Part shown: one piece after another, positions 51,007-60,391 of the stretch | How positions within the stretch are numbered: the first letter of the stretch is position 1 | Layout of the letters: each line of letters opens with the position of its first letter | Assembly: GCA_963743635.1 (NCBI GenBank) | Contig: CAVUQO010000003.1 | Span: 416,001 to 480,000, forward strand | From: Candidatus Babeliales bacterium | GTDB lineage: Bacteria > Babelota > Babeliae > Babelales > Vermiphilaceae | Direction of reading: 5' to 3' | DNA length: 64,000 nt | Position numbers and translations under genes: made by a program | Notes under the pieces: generated by a model | Seen by the model: the letters and a program-made list of their open reading frames with translations, nothing else | Databases searched by the model: none | What the model was told of the DNA's origin: nothing

Positions 51007-51975
51007 ATGGTTTCGGGATTTAGGATTATAATTTTGGGCGTGTGCGGGCTAATTACCAGCGGCTGCTACGCCTTTATTTACGAAATTAAAGTGCTCAGAA
51101 AATGGAATGATGCAACGAATGGTTATCAATATTTTATAGGGTGTAGCGATTTTCATGATAAACGCCATGATGCTACGGAATCCCAACTTGAGGCAATTCA
51201 AGAACTTTTAAGGTCACTGCCACGGACGAAAACAAAGGTGATAGTCGAGGATTTAAGTACCGAAAATAATTGTGGCCGTCGCGTTTGTGGTCGCTTTTTT
51301 CTCAATTCTCGGGGGGGGATTTTGGGCGGTCTTGCTCAAAAGTGCCAGTCTTGCCGTTTGGAAGTGGATAATATTGAGTATCGGTATTGCCGCGTCATTG
51401 CCTTGGGGCCGCTGCTGCATAACTTAAAAGCTGATGTTTCAACTATTCCATCGCTCAAAGGCATTCGCATGCAGGATATTATGCAGGAAATGCAGGGAAC
51501 GGTTGATGAAATCACAAAATATAATGATGGTGAGGTGCTCACCGCATGGTATCGCAAGATGCTCAAGGAGTTTACTCCTCAACTGCAGCAGATGCAGTTG
51601 CAGCGGCAAGGGATTGATACAATGGCCGATTATATAGCCAAGTATACTACGCTGGAAACTCGTCTTAAAAAACTCAAATATTTGCTGACGTTTGACAGCG
51701 CGCTTCTTGATGCACTGTTGATGCATAGCGTGCAGGCTGCTGCGAGCAAGGAACGTATAGTTGCCTTCGCGGGCGGAACGCACATAGCGCGTGTTGTTGA
51801 AATGCTGAAAAAAATGGGATATCAAGAAATATACGGTACGGAATCACGATATTTTCGTGAACATGACTTAGATAAATGTCTCGGGTCTCATATTACCGAT
51901 GGTAACTTTTGTGTACGTCCGCATGCAGTGAAGAACGAGGTTTTTAAAAGAATAGCTAATCCAGAAGCTCTTTGA
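51007..51975 (+). CDS. Secreted protein, possible EreA/ChaN/TraB (TIKI)-fold hydrolase
   Basis: Signal peptide; SDFH, IVED, EYR and terminal FAGGTHI. Confidence 0.5.
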   Translation: MVSGFRIIILGVCGLITSGCYAFIYEIKVLRKWNDATNGYQYFIGCSDFHDKRHDATESQLEAIQELLRSLPRTKTKVIVEDLSTENNCGRRVCGRFFLNSRGGILGGLAQKCQSCRLEVDNIEYRYCRVIALGPLLHNLKADVSTIPSLKGIRMQDIMQEMQGTVDEITKYNDGEVLTAWYRKMLKEFTPQLQQMQLQRQGIDTMADYIAKYTTLETRLKKLKYLLTFDSALLDALLMHSVQAAASKERIVAFAGGTHIARVVEMLKKMGYQEIYGTESRYFREHDLDKCLGSHITDGNFCVRPHAVKNEVFKRIANPEAL

Positions 51976-52080
51976 TTGATTTATTTCTATTGTGAAACAC
52001 GATGTGCTATACTTAGCATACATATTTTCATTATCGAAAAGGTTAAGCTCTCCAAGAGCTGTTTAAAGTGGATTATTCAT

Positions 52081-52758
52081 ATGCGCAGTGCGTACATATA
52101 TAGTTTGGTCTTGTGTCTAGCTGGGGTCTCGTTTGGGTATGCCATGGACCGTCCAATAGGCAGGAAAGAAATGGCACAAAGAATGGAAGCGGTCATTGCT
52201 GAATTCGAAACTGGGGCAATACGCACAGAAGATGAATTCATAAAAAGAGCTTATGCCATTGCTCCATCTATCGCTCAAGCGGCAGGAATGTCAGATCGTG
52301 AAGAGATTATAGCCAAATCAATCATTTACGCCAAATATCATCGTGATTATGCCAAGAAGGAGTCGGTATTCCTGCAGAATCATGCGCAGTCTCAGCAGAA
52401 AGAATTGAAGCGATTGTGTCCTTATTTATTTGTTGTTGTGCCCTATGATTGCACCGTGATCATTAAGAAACAATATGAAAATGGTGTGACAGATAGTGGT
52501 GAGTCTCATACACTATACGCAGGCAAATATACCATTCAAGAGGCGCAAAAGGTTATATCGACTGCTATTTCAAATTATACCCGTGACTATAGCAAACGGT
52601 CTGATGGCAGATTGAATCCAGATCAGGTCATAGAATGCACTCTGCGCTATGGTAAGCCACACACATGTAGGCATTCGTCTTTGATCATTCGCGCCAATGA
52701 CGCGTGGATGGAGATTGAAAGGTGTATGAAAAACCATCTTGCAATGGGTTTAGAGTAA
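52081..52758 (+). CDS. Secreted hypothetical protein
   Basis: MRSAYIYSLVLCLAGVSFGYA|MD. Confidence 0.7.
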   Translation: MRSAYIYSLVLCLAGVSFGYAMDRPIGRKEMAQRMEAVIAEFETGAIRTEDEFIKRAYAIAPSIAQAAGMSDREEIIAKSIIYAKYHRDYAKKESVFLQNHAQSQQKELKRLCPYLFVVVPYDCTVIIKKQYENGVTDSGESHTLYAGKYTIQEAQKVISTAISNYTRDYSKRSDGRLNPDQVIECTLRYGKPHTCRHSSLIIRANDAWMEIERCMKNHLAMGLE

Positions 52759-52765
52759 GAATAAT

Positions 52766-52797
52766 AAAGCGCACCCTTTTTATGGGGTGCGCTTTTC
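52766..52797. terminator. Bidirectional terminator
   Basis: AAAGCGCACCC...GGGGTGCGCTTTT between convergent genes. Confidence 0.75.
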
Positions 52798-52838
52798 ATT
52801 TTCAATAAGACTCGTTGTTCAGTGATGAAATATACTAT

Positions 52839-53246
52839 TTATCTTTGTTGAATAGCAGCTTTTAGTAGCAGTACATACGCTTGGAATGCAGCATGTGCTT
52901 TTTCTCGGGTAGCAGCATTTTTAGTGTGTGCAAACACGAGACTTTCTTGCACTATTGCTTGTTCAAGGTAATCATTTTCTTGGAATGACCTTGTTTCGGC
53001 TGACCATTTAGTAGTAGAAGGTATAAGAGGTTTTAGTAGTTTTGCATACTCTTGGAATGTTTCATGTGCTTTTTCTCTGGTAGCAGTATTTCTATTTTGT
53101 GTAAACACGAGACTTTCTTGCGCTTCTAAGTTTTCAAGTAGTGAGAGTGCTCTTTCCCTTTTCGCCATATCCTCTTTGTAACTTGCAAACACCGATGATC
53201 CGCAGCATACCAATGCCACGAGGGCGACTAATTTTAGATTTTTCAT
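52839..53246 (-). CDS. Small secreted protein with an internal duplication
   Basis: QESLVF...ATREKAH..FQ.Y..LLK occurs twice. Confidence 0.8.
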   Translation of the reverse strand: MKNLKLVALVALVCCGSSVFASYKEDMAKRERALSLLENLEAQESLVFTQNRNTATREKAHETFQEYAKLLKPLIPSTTKWSAETRSFQENDYLEQAIVQESLVFAHTKNAATREKAHAAFQAYVLLLKAAIQQR

Positions 53247-53464
53247 ATTTTCTTACTCCTTTTTATGAAGATTAATACTATTAACAAGTACCAGCATAAA
53301 GTAAGTAGAGGCTAAAAATCAATAGTTTAGCGCATTTAGTTGTGTGCCAATGCGCTATGAAGCGATCTGGATGGTGAATGCGAGAATAGAGGGCTATTAA
53401 GTGGGCTTTGTGTGCTTATTGGAGGGTGCAGGGATGGCCAGGTAGCCATCCCTGTAGAATGAAT

Positions 53465-54373
53465 CTAGTAGAAATTCTTAGTCAGATACGCGCGGCCAGA
53501 ATCGCCAAAGATCATGACTGAGTAGGTGTCTGGTCCGAGGTTTGCGGTGTATTTTTGCGCAGCAGCAGCAACAGCTCCACTGCTTGGCCCTGCCAAGAGC
53601 CCGTATTTGCGGGCAAGGACTTGGAGCATGCCAAGCGCTTCATCATCAGTTACCTCTACAAACTCATTAATAGCCGATTCATCAAGCACTGGCGATTTGA
53701 AATCGATGCCCATGCCTTCAACTTTATACGGTTTTGGATTACCGCCCGTTGCGCGGAATGAATTATTAGAGTCAACTGCAACGATAGTGACGTCAGGATT
53801 TTGTTGTTTTAAATAGCGTCCCACACCGCTGATAGTTCCGCAGGTGCCGGCTGCAGCGAAAAAGTGGGTAATTTTGCCGTCAGTTTGTTTCCAAATTTCT
53901 GGTCCAAGGAGTGAATAGTGGGCAACGGCGTTAACCGGATTGAAATATTGATTTGGCATGAATGAGTTTGGTGTTTTTGCATGGATCGCTAATGCTTGGC
54001 TGTGATAACTGACTGGATCTTCGATGAATGCCGTTGGAGGACACATTACAATTTCAGCGCCATAGGCTTGGATCGTTTGTAATTTTTCTTTACTGATTTT
54101 TTCTGAAACGCACATGATAACTTTGTAACCTTTGACTGCGCCAATCATAGCAACGGCGACCGCATGATTACCGGAAGATGCGTCAACGATAGTACCACCC
54201 GGTTTGAGTATGCCTTTTTTTTCTGCATCTTCGATTAAAAATTTGGCAGAACGGTCTTTTACGCTACCACCGGGATTGAGATATTCCAGTTTTGCATAAA
54301 GCGGTGCGGAATGGAATCCGACTCGTACGAGTGGCGTGTTGCCGATGGCATCAATGGGATTGGCATATATCAT
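53465..54373 (-). CDS. PLP-dependent cysteine synthase / cystathionine beta-synthase family enzyme
   Basis: IGNTPLV, KLEYLNPGGSVKDR, SSGN, GTCGT, VEGMG, GPSSG. Confidence 0.92.
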   Translation of the reverse strand: MIYANPIDAIGNTPLVRVGFHSAPLYAKLEYLNPGGSVKDRSAKFLIEDAEKKGILKPGGTIVDASSGNHAVAVAMIGAVKGYKVIMCVSEKISKEKLQTIQAYGAEIVMCPPTAFIEDPVSYHSQALAIHAKTPNSFMPNQYFNPVNAVAHYSLLGPEIWKQTDGKITHFFAAAGTCGTISGVGRYLKQQNPDVTIVAVDSNNSFRATGGNPKPYKVEGMGIDFKSPVLDESAINEFVEVTDDEALGMLQVLARKYGLLAGPSSGAVAAAAQKYTANLGPDTYSVMIFGDSGRAYLTKNFY

Positions 54374-54478
54374 GTGTGAGAACCTTTGTTGATAATTATT
54401 GTTTTCTATCAGCAGTATACTATACAGTAATCCTAAGACGAACAAAAGAGTGTTTTGATAGAAAGAAAGGGTTTGTGC

Positions 54479-54973
54479 ATGGAACAGGTGATGGGCGGGT
54501 ATTCACTGCAAACTTTTTTGCCATTAATTACTATTTTTTCAATAGTGATTGGCATAACGGTAATTCATCAGTGGTATTATGGTTTTAATCTACACGAAGC
54601 ATTACGCATCTTTATGGCATCATTTTTTTTGGTGTTTGGATTTTTAAAGGTGATCAATATTGGGGAATTTGCAGAAGCATATTCGATGTACGATATCATT
54701 GCAAAGCGGATCTATTGGTATGGCTATGTCTACCCGTATATAGAAGTTGCGCTTGGTATTGCCTATCTTCTTAATTGGCGCCCAAAAATGGTCAACATGT
54801 TTACTTTGTGCATGATGATTGTGTGTGCAACGGGAGTGTTTATCGAATTGCGCGCAGGCAAAAAAATGGTATGCGCATGTCTTGGCGCGATCTTTAAAGT
54901 GCCGATGACCTACGTTACATTGCTTGAAGATTTACTCATGGCCGTTATGGCCGGCCTGATGCTGCTGTTGTAA
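54479..54973 (+). CDS. MauE/DoxX-like membrane protein
   Basis: FAEAYSMYDIIAK, YPYIE, CACLG, EDLLM. Confidence 0.75.
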   Translation: MEQVMGGYSLQTFLPLITIFSIVIGITVIHQWYYGFNLHEALRIFMASFFLVFGFLKVINIGEFAEAYSMYDIIAKRIYWYGYVYPYIEVALGIAYLLNWRPKMVNMFTLCMMIVCATGVFIELRAGKKMVCACLGAIFKVPMTYVTLLEDLLMAVMAGLMLLL

Positions 54974-54983
54974 TATTCGTTGG

Positions 54984-55937
54984 CTAAAACAAATATATGA
55001 GCATAAGTGAAATAAGCAATGAGTAAATTGCGCAGGTATCAATGAGCCCTTGAGCAAATATGCTGACTTTGGAAAGTAGTTCATGCTGGTCGGGATTGAG
55101 TGCAATTTGTTCGCAGGCAGCAGAAGCGGTGATGCCCGAGCTTATGCCTGGTCCGAATGTTCCGAGGCCTGTAGAGAGCGCTGCAGCGAGTAATGCAATA
55201 CTTTTCGCAAGAGCATGATCTGCGGGAAGTGGTGTGAGTAAAATGAGCATTGCAATGACAAGACTAAAAATGATCGGCGTTTCAATCATTGCTTCACTGA
55301 CTAACATAAATGAAAACAATTTATTATATGCTTCGCGATTGATACCAACGCCGCGACACGCTACTTTAGCAAATCGCGCAAGTCCAATGGCAGGTCCGAT
55401 GCTGCCAAGCCCAATGCATAATCCTGCGGCAATTAATTTTAAACTTTCTTCAAACGTCTGTATCGTAGCCGCTTGATTTATGATCATGACTGCAACGATA
55501 AATCCAAAGATGATGGGCGTTTGTAAGATTGATTGAGTAAGGAGCATGAAGCGCAATATCTTTTGGCTGAAGAAAGGCTGACGTGCAATAGCATAACATG
55601 CTTCACGTGTTGGTAATGCAGAAATGAGTCCGATTGTAAGGCTAGAAAAACAGACCGCAAGCATAACGCCGAGTTCCGCATAATAGCCATAAATAGATGC
55701 CGGTTGGCTACGCAATAAAATAATTGCGATTGCAACACCCATGATTGCGGCAGTTTCGATGAGTGCCATGCCAAGTATCGCAGCTTTTGAGATATCGTCT
55801 TGCGCGGCGGGTTGTTGGTTGATGGCATCCAGCGCAGCGCCGCTTGTCATCCCCTCGCCAATACCAACGCCAATAGAGCTGATACCAACTGTCAGAGCGA
55901 TGGTGCTATAGTGTATTAATTCACCCAGTTCTATCAT
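54984..55937 (-). CDS. atpE: ATP synthase Fo subunit c with four fused hairpins (N-ATPase-like)
   Basis: Four repeats with loops QQP, RQP, INR, LNP and outer helices LIETAAI, ILQTPII, MIETPII, LIDTCAI. Confidence 0.9.
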   Translation of the reverse strand: MIELGELIHYSTIALTVGISSIGVGIGEGMTSGAALDAINQQPAAQDDISKAAILGMALIETAAIMGVAIAIILLRSQPASIYGYYAELGVMLAVCFSSLTIGLISALPTREACYAIARQPFFSQKILRFMLLTQSILQTPIIFGFIVAVMIINQAATIQTFEESLKLIAAGLCIGLGSIGPAIGLARFAKVACRGVGINREAYNKLFSFMLVSEAMIETPIIFSLVIAMLILLTPLPADHALAKSIALLAAALSTGLGTFGPGISSGITASAACEQIALNPDQHELLSKVSIFAQGLIDTCAIYSLLISLMLIYLF

Positions 55938-56674
55938 TATGATATTCCTTTTGGCTCGTGTTGAGTGGCAATGGCAAGATACGTAATCGTTAACATGGTA
56001 AATACAAATGCTTGTAAGAAACCTTCAAATAACCCAAAAAAAAGATATATCACCATATTGACTGAGCAAAGACCAATGAGTTGATAAATCCATGAACCGC
56101 TGATTGCATTGAAATATATTGATGAAATGGTGAAGCCGCCATAAATATTACCAAAAAGTCGAAACGCAATTGAGACGATTGTGGCGAGTTTGCCGACGAC
56201 GTGGAGCGGGAACATGAGAAAGAATGGTTCACAAAATTCTTTGAGATATTCCTTAATGCCGTGCGTTTTTATTGCGTAAAATTGTGTGTAGATAAATGCG
56301 ATAATGCCGAGCGCAAGCGTAGTATTTAAATCTTTCGTTGGTTCTTCAATCCAGGGGATGAGTGAGGCGATATTGCAAAAGAAGATAAAGCAAAAAAGGC
56401 TCGTAATAAAATTAAAATGGATTGAGGCGAGATGCCCGAGCGCTTGGTGGGTAAGATCCATAAAAGAAATGATGAATGAAGCAAGCAGATGGCGCAGAAC
56501 ACTTCTTTTCTGAGATAAAATATATTTGATGGGGAGTGAAAGCACAACCAAAAGTATGATTACAATCCATGTATCGAGGATTGTGTGGGCATTAAGAGAC
56601 CAAAATGGATTCGTAAATCCATAGGCCAATAGAGGCTGCCATTGATTATCACTCAGAGCGTGCGCTTCTGTCAT
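55937..56674 (-). CDS. atpB: ATP synthase Fo subunit a
   Basis: PTKDLNTTLAL, FRLFGNI (essential Arg), EGFLQAFVFTMLTITY. Confidence 0.95.
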   Translation of the reverse strand: MTEAHALSDNQWQPLLAYGFTNPFWSLNAHTILDTWIVIILLVVLSLPIKYILSQKRSVLRHLLASFIISFMDLTHQALGHLASIHFNFITSLFCFIFFCNIASLIPWIEEPTKDLNTTLALGIIAFIYTQFYAIKTHGIKEYLKEFCEPFFLMFPLHVVGKLATIVSIAFRLFGNIYGGFTISSIYFNAISGSWIYQLIGLCSVNMVIYLFFGLFEGFLQAFVFTMLTITYLAIATQHEPKGIS

Positions 56675-56975
56675 ATGGTTTGGCCTTATCCTTAAGTATT
56701 ACCAGCCAAAAGGCTGTTAAAAATGATACCAAAACCAGTATAAGATGAATTGATGGGGATCGCAATAAGAAGAAAAAGAGTGTGAGCAAAGTTATGATGC
56801 GCATGAAAGAATACGAAAATGAGGAGTAGGGGTTGCGCTTAATGAGTGGCTGTCCGGCAGGATTTGATTCAGAAGAAAGGACTCTTTTCTTGCAATGAAA
56901 CAAGAAAAAGAGTCCATATATAATTCCAAGACCAAAACCGGCAGCCAACGAAAGCGCGACGGTATAGAGTTCCAT
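56649..56975 (-). CDS. ATP synthase accessory membrane protein (AtpI/AtpR-like)
   Basis: Small hydrophobic ORF directly upstream of atpB; AGFGLGIIYGLFF...R pattern. Confidence 0.6.
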   Translation of the reverse strand: MELYTVALSLAAGFGLGIIYGLFFLFHCKKRVLSSESNPAGQPLIKRNPYSSFSYSFMRIITLLTLFFFLLRSPSIHLILVLVSFLTAFWLVILKDKAKPYDRSARSE

Positions 56976-56984
56976 TACAGTATG

Positions 56985-58403
56985 TTAGAACTTCTTAAGG
57001 CCTTTGTGGCGCCAGAATTCAGTAACAATGCCGGTTGAACCAGTAACAACGACTAAGCCGTTACGTTCATCGACTGTTTTCTGAGCAGCTTCAAATGCTT
57101 CTTTGAAGTTTGCGCACGCCTTAGCTTTTATTTTCATGCTCTTAATTTCATTCGTTACTTTTTCAACATCCCATGATGGGGCATCAACGTGACCTGGAAT
57201 TGATGCAACGGGGCATACAAATACTTGGCCAGAAGTCTTTTTGAAGAAGTAGCGTAGAAGCTTAAGGAATTCAGCAACATTTAATTCAGGATTATTACAT
57301 CCGACAATGAGCGTGAGTCCTTTCAGCGGTCGTTGATAATGTAAGAGACGAATACCAAGCAACAGATTCTTAAATGCGTCGAGATTGTCGGCGCTATCAA
57401 TTAAGAGGCTTGGCTTTTCTTTTTCTAGTAATTGAAAGCGTCCTGCAATAGTGCATTCGCTATCTTTCCAGAATTGATCAATAGTTTTCTTAGGATTCAG
57501 TTCTGATTGACGTTTTGCTTCTAGAGTAGGGCGACCACGTTGACCTTTTTTCTTGGTTAACAAGGTACCACTTACTACGATTGCATCTTTATCAGTAAAT
57601 GAATTGACATAAATAGAGGCGATGCGTTCAGCAAGTGCTGCGCAACGTCCATGAAGTTGTTCAAAAGGATATGCAAGCGGTGAAAGCTTACGAATTGGCA
57701 TTGCCCAGATACCTTTTTTAGCTTCGACCATTTCAAGCATTGTTTGTAAGTTTAATTTGCTTTGGTCAGCAGAAACAAGGTGAGTTCCAGGTTTGACAAT
57801 AGAAACCATTTGTTGGATAAAATCTTTTATTTCTTCAGCATTCGCATCGACATTGTCTGGCGTAACGCGTGTGATAGCGGCAACTTTTGGTGAACAAATA
57901 TGGGTTGCCATGTGTAGGCCGGTGTTATCAACTTCTAGAATTGCAACATCAAAATTTTGTTCTTTAAAATAAAGGAGCGCCATCATAACCAATACATCAT
58001 GAGATGTTGGTTTGAGAGCAAGTGAATCGGCAGTGTTTAATACTTCATTACCAAGTTCGGTGAATGATTTATTGGAGATGATCTCGCCATTGCCAGTAAT
58101 AAGTTCATTGTAGGTCAGTATGTGTGGTTCTTGGAATGTACCAACGGTAAGACCTTCTTCTCTCAGCAATTTTGCTGCGAAATGTATTGTTAACGATTTG
58201 CCGTTAGTACCTGTTACCAAAATGGTATTAAGCTTATCAGCGACGTTATTGAACGCAGCATTAAGTTTTTTAATGCACGTAAGCTGCTTATCACCCTTTT
58301 TTACGTTCCAATGGCTATCCAGGAACTCAACGATTTCGTTGTAATTACGCTGCTTGCCAAGGGTAACCGGGCTTTTGTCAGACTGTTTAGTGATGTCTTT
58401 CAT
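56985..58403 (-). CDS. FolC/Mur-ligase-fold protein with degenerate motifs
   Basis: VTGTNGKS, GRFQ, VTGS retained; SPH, GGRLDATN and DxAHN positions altered. Confidence 0.7.
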   Translation of the reverse strand: MKDITKQSDKSPVTLGKQRNYNEIVEFLDSHWNVKKGDKQLTCIKKLNAAFNNVADKLNTILVTGTNGKSLTIHFAAKLLREEGLTVGTFQEPHILTYNELITGNGEIISNKSFTELGNEVLNTADSLALKPTSHDVLVMMALLYFKEQNFDVAILEVDNTGLHMATHICSPKVAAITRVTPDNVDANAEEIKDFIQQMVSIVKPGTHLVSADQSKLNLQTMLEMVEAKKGIWAMPIRKLSPLAYPFEQLHGRCAALAERIASIYVNSFTDKDAIVVSGTLLTKKKGQRGRPTLEAKRQSELNPKKTIDQFWKDSECTIAGRFQLLEKEKPSLLIDSADNLDAFKNLLLGIRLLHYQRPLKGLTLIVGCNNPELNVAEFLKLLRYFFKKTSGQVFVCPVASIPGHVDAPSWDVEKVTNEIKSMKIKAKACANFKEAFEAAQKTVDERNGLVVVTGSTGIVTEFWRHKGLKKF

Positions 58404-58634
58404 GTCGATCTCCGCTTAATGGTGAACTGCTTATCGAGGTTTAATTAGTTAAAACCTTAAATATCTATTATGCATTTGGCTTGAGCCACTCATAATGGTA
58501 TATAGGGTATACATAATCAACTATACCAGATCAATACAAAATGTCAAAGAAGAAATTTTTTGCCTTAATTGAATCTTGAAATTACAATAAGTTAAAGTAA
58601 ATGATCGATTTTAAGCCCTATTAATAGGATTTTC

Positions 58635-59270
58635 ATGGAAAATAAGCGATTCTCGTGGTTTGATGATGAAGCGTTAAAAGTTGCAGTTAAAGCTGTAAAT
58701 GAGGGAAAAATAGGGGTTGGAGACACCGATACGGTCCCTGGACTTTTTGCCGGATGTACTTCTATGGGGGTTGCCCAGCTGAACGCGATAAAAGAGCGGT
58801 TTGATAAGCCTTATTTGATCTTATTGGGGTCTCGAGACTCGGTCTTTTCCTTCATAAAACAGCCTTTATCTATACAAATAGAAACTTTGATGAAAAAATA
58901 TTGGCCGGGGCCGTTGACCCTTATTTTGCCGGCACAGGAGGATATTCCTGCCTATTTGCAGTCAAAGCAGGGGGGAATTGCGATCCGAATCCCAGAGCAT
59001 CCTCAGGTTCGTGCCCTGGCGCTTGCCTGTGGTGGCGTGCTTTCAACGAGTGCTAATTTTGCCGGAAAGCCAACCCCCAAGACGCTTGGTGAGGTTGAGC
59101 CGCATATGTATGAGGTATCAGCATTTGTGTTGTATGACCCTCATCATCAGGCAAGTGATCAGCCATCAACTATTTTGGATGTAACGGGAAATCAGATTCG
59201 CGTAGTTCGCGAGGGAGCGATTCCTGTAGAGGAGCTTGAAGCCGTGGCTGGCTGCTCCTTTATACGTTGA
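58635..59270 (+). CDS. tsaC: Threonylcarbamoyl-AMP synthase (YrdC/Sua5)
   Basis: TDTVPGL, KER..KP, WPGPLTLIL, STSANFAG, STILD, REGAI. Confidence 0.9.
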   Translation: MENKRFSWFDDEALKVAVKAVNEGKIGVGDTDTVPGLFAGCTSMGVAQLNAIKERFDKPYLILLGSRDSVFSFIKQPLSIQIETLMKKYWPGPLTLILPAQEDIPAYLQSKQGGIAIRIPEHPQVRALALACGGVLSTSANFAGKPTPKTLGEVEPHMYEVSAFVLYDPHHQASDQPSTILDVTGNQIRVVREGAIPVEELEAVAGCSFIR

Positions 59271-59335
59271 TTCTTGACTTTGATCATTGCATAGAGCGTA
59301 TGATCAAGTAAAAATCATTGCTGTAAAGGAGTGTC

Positions 59336-59812
59336 ATGAAGGCAAAAGGATTCACTTTAATCGAAGTGATGGTGGTGATTGCGATTATTGCATTGCTTGC
59401 CATGATCAGTGTACCAAGTATTATGCGTTATTTGGCTAAGGCAAAACGGACTGAGGCGCACGTAAACCTGCGAGCGCTCTATACGGCAGAGAAAGCATAT
59501 TGGGCAGAGCATGGCACATATTCGAGCGTATTGAGTGGCCCCAATGGTATTGGTTGGCAACCGGAAGGATATAGTGGTGGTGGCGCAAAAGAAAACTTTT
59601 GTTACACCTATGGCTTTCCCGGAGCAGAAGGAGTCAATTACTTCACGGGTAATTTAGGAACGCCAGCTTCCAATTTGAGCAAGGCTCAAGCAGGTAAGAC
59701 AGGCTTTCTTGCAATAGCAGCAGGAGATATTGATGGTGATGGTAAACCAGATATTCTCGCCATTGATCATATGGGAAAAATTGTATTGCTCGATGATGAT
59801 TTAATGGATTAG
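59336..59812 (+). CDS. Type IV pilin
   Basis: Class III signal KG|FTLIEVMVVIAII, AKRTEA, GDIDGD. Confidence 0.92.
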   Translation: MKAKGFTLIEVMVVIAIIALLAMISVPSIMRYLAKAKRTEAHVNLRALYTAEKAYWAEHGTYSSVLSGPNGIGWQPEGYSGGGAKENFCYTYGFPGAEGVNYFTGNLGTPASNLSKAQAGKTGFLAIAAGDIDGDGKPDILAIDHMGKIVLLDDDLMD

Positions 59813-59825
59813 CCCTTCGATTACG

Positions 59826-59875
59826 TAAAAAAAGAAAGAGACGAATGCTTTGTGTATTCGTCTCTTTCTTTTTTA
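59826..59875. terminator. Bidirectional terminator
   Basis: AAAAAAGAAAGAGACGAAT...ATTCGTCTCTTTCTTTTTT. Confidence 0.8.
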
Positions 59876-59876
59876 G

Positions 59877-60287
59877 TTACTTCTGAGTTTTTTCCGATTC
59901 AGAATTGAAGATTGCATTTTTTACTCGTTCGCAAGCAGCAATAAGCGCTTCTCTTGCTGCTGGATCAGCAAATCCGATGTACGTAAGTGCAGAGAGAACA
60001 ACAATAACTTTATTTTTGTGTCTGTTGCGTGAGAGCTGTGTAGCTATCTTGTTGAATCCATCTTTATGCGCTTTTTCCAAATCATTCATTTTTTTATTTA
60101 ACTCAATGACATCTTTTCCTATTTCATTGATTCTGGAATCAGAGCGCACAGGAGCCGATTCTGCTGTGGTAGTAGATGAAGAAAAGCGTATCGGTGTATC
60201 GGTGAATGGGAATGCGTGCGTCGTTGCAGCACAAAGAATTGAAAATGCGCAGAGCAATTGAATGTTGAAATATTTAACCGAAATCAT
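59877..60287 (-). CDS. Secreted coiled-coil protein with a late hydrophobic segment
   Basis: Signal peptide ending THA, heptads, VIVVLSALTYIGF. Confidence 0.65.
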   Translation of the reverse strand: MISVKYFNIQLLCAFSILCAATTHAFPFTDTPIRFSSSTTTAESAPVRSDSRINEIGKDVIELNKKMNDLEKAHKDGFNKIATQLSRNRHKNKVIVVLSALTYIGFADPAAREALIAACERVKNAIFNSESEKTQK

Positions 60288-60391
60288 GCATGTTCCTTCA
60301 TAGTGAAAAAATATATTTTTATAATATCGGTTTATCAGTATAGCAACATTTGATCAGAAGTTTAGGAAATTATATTTTTTCGAATCAATTT

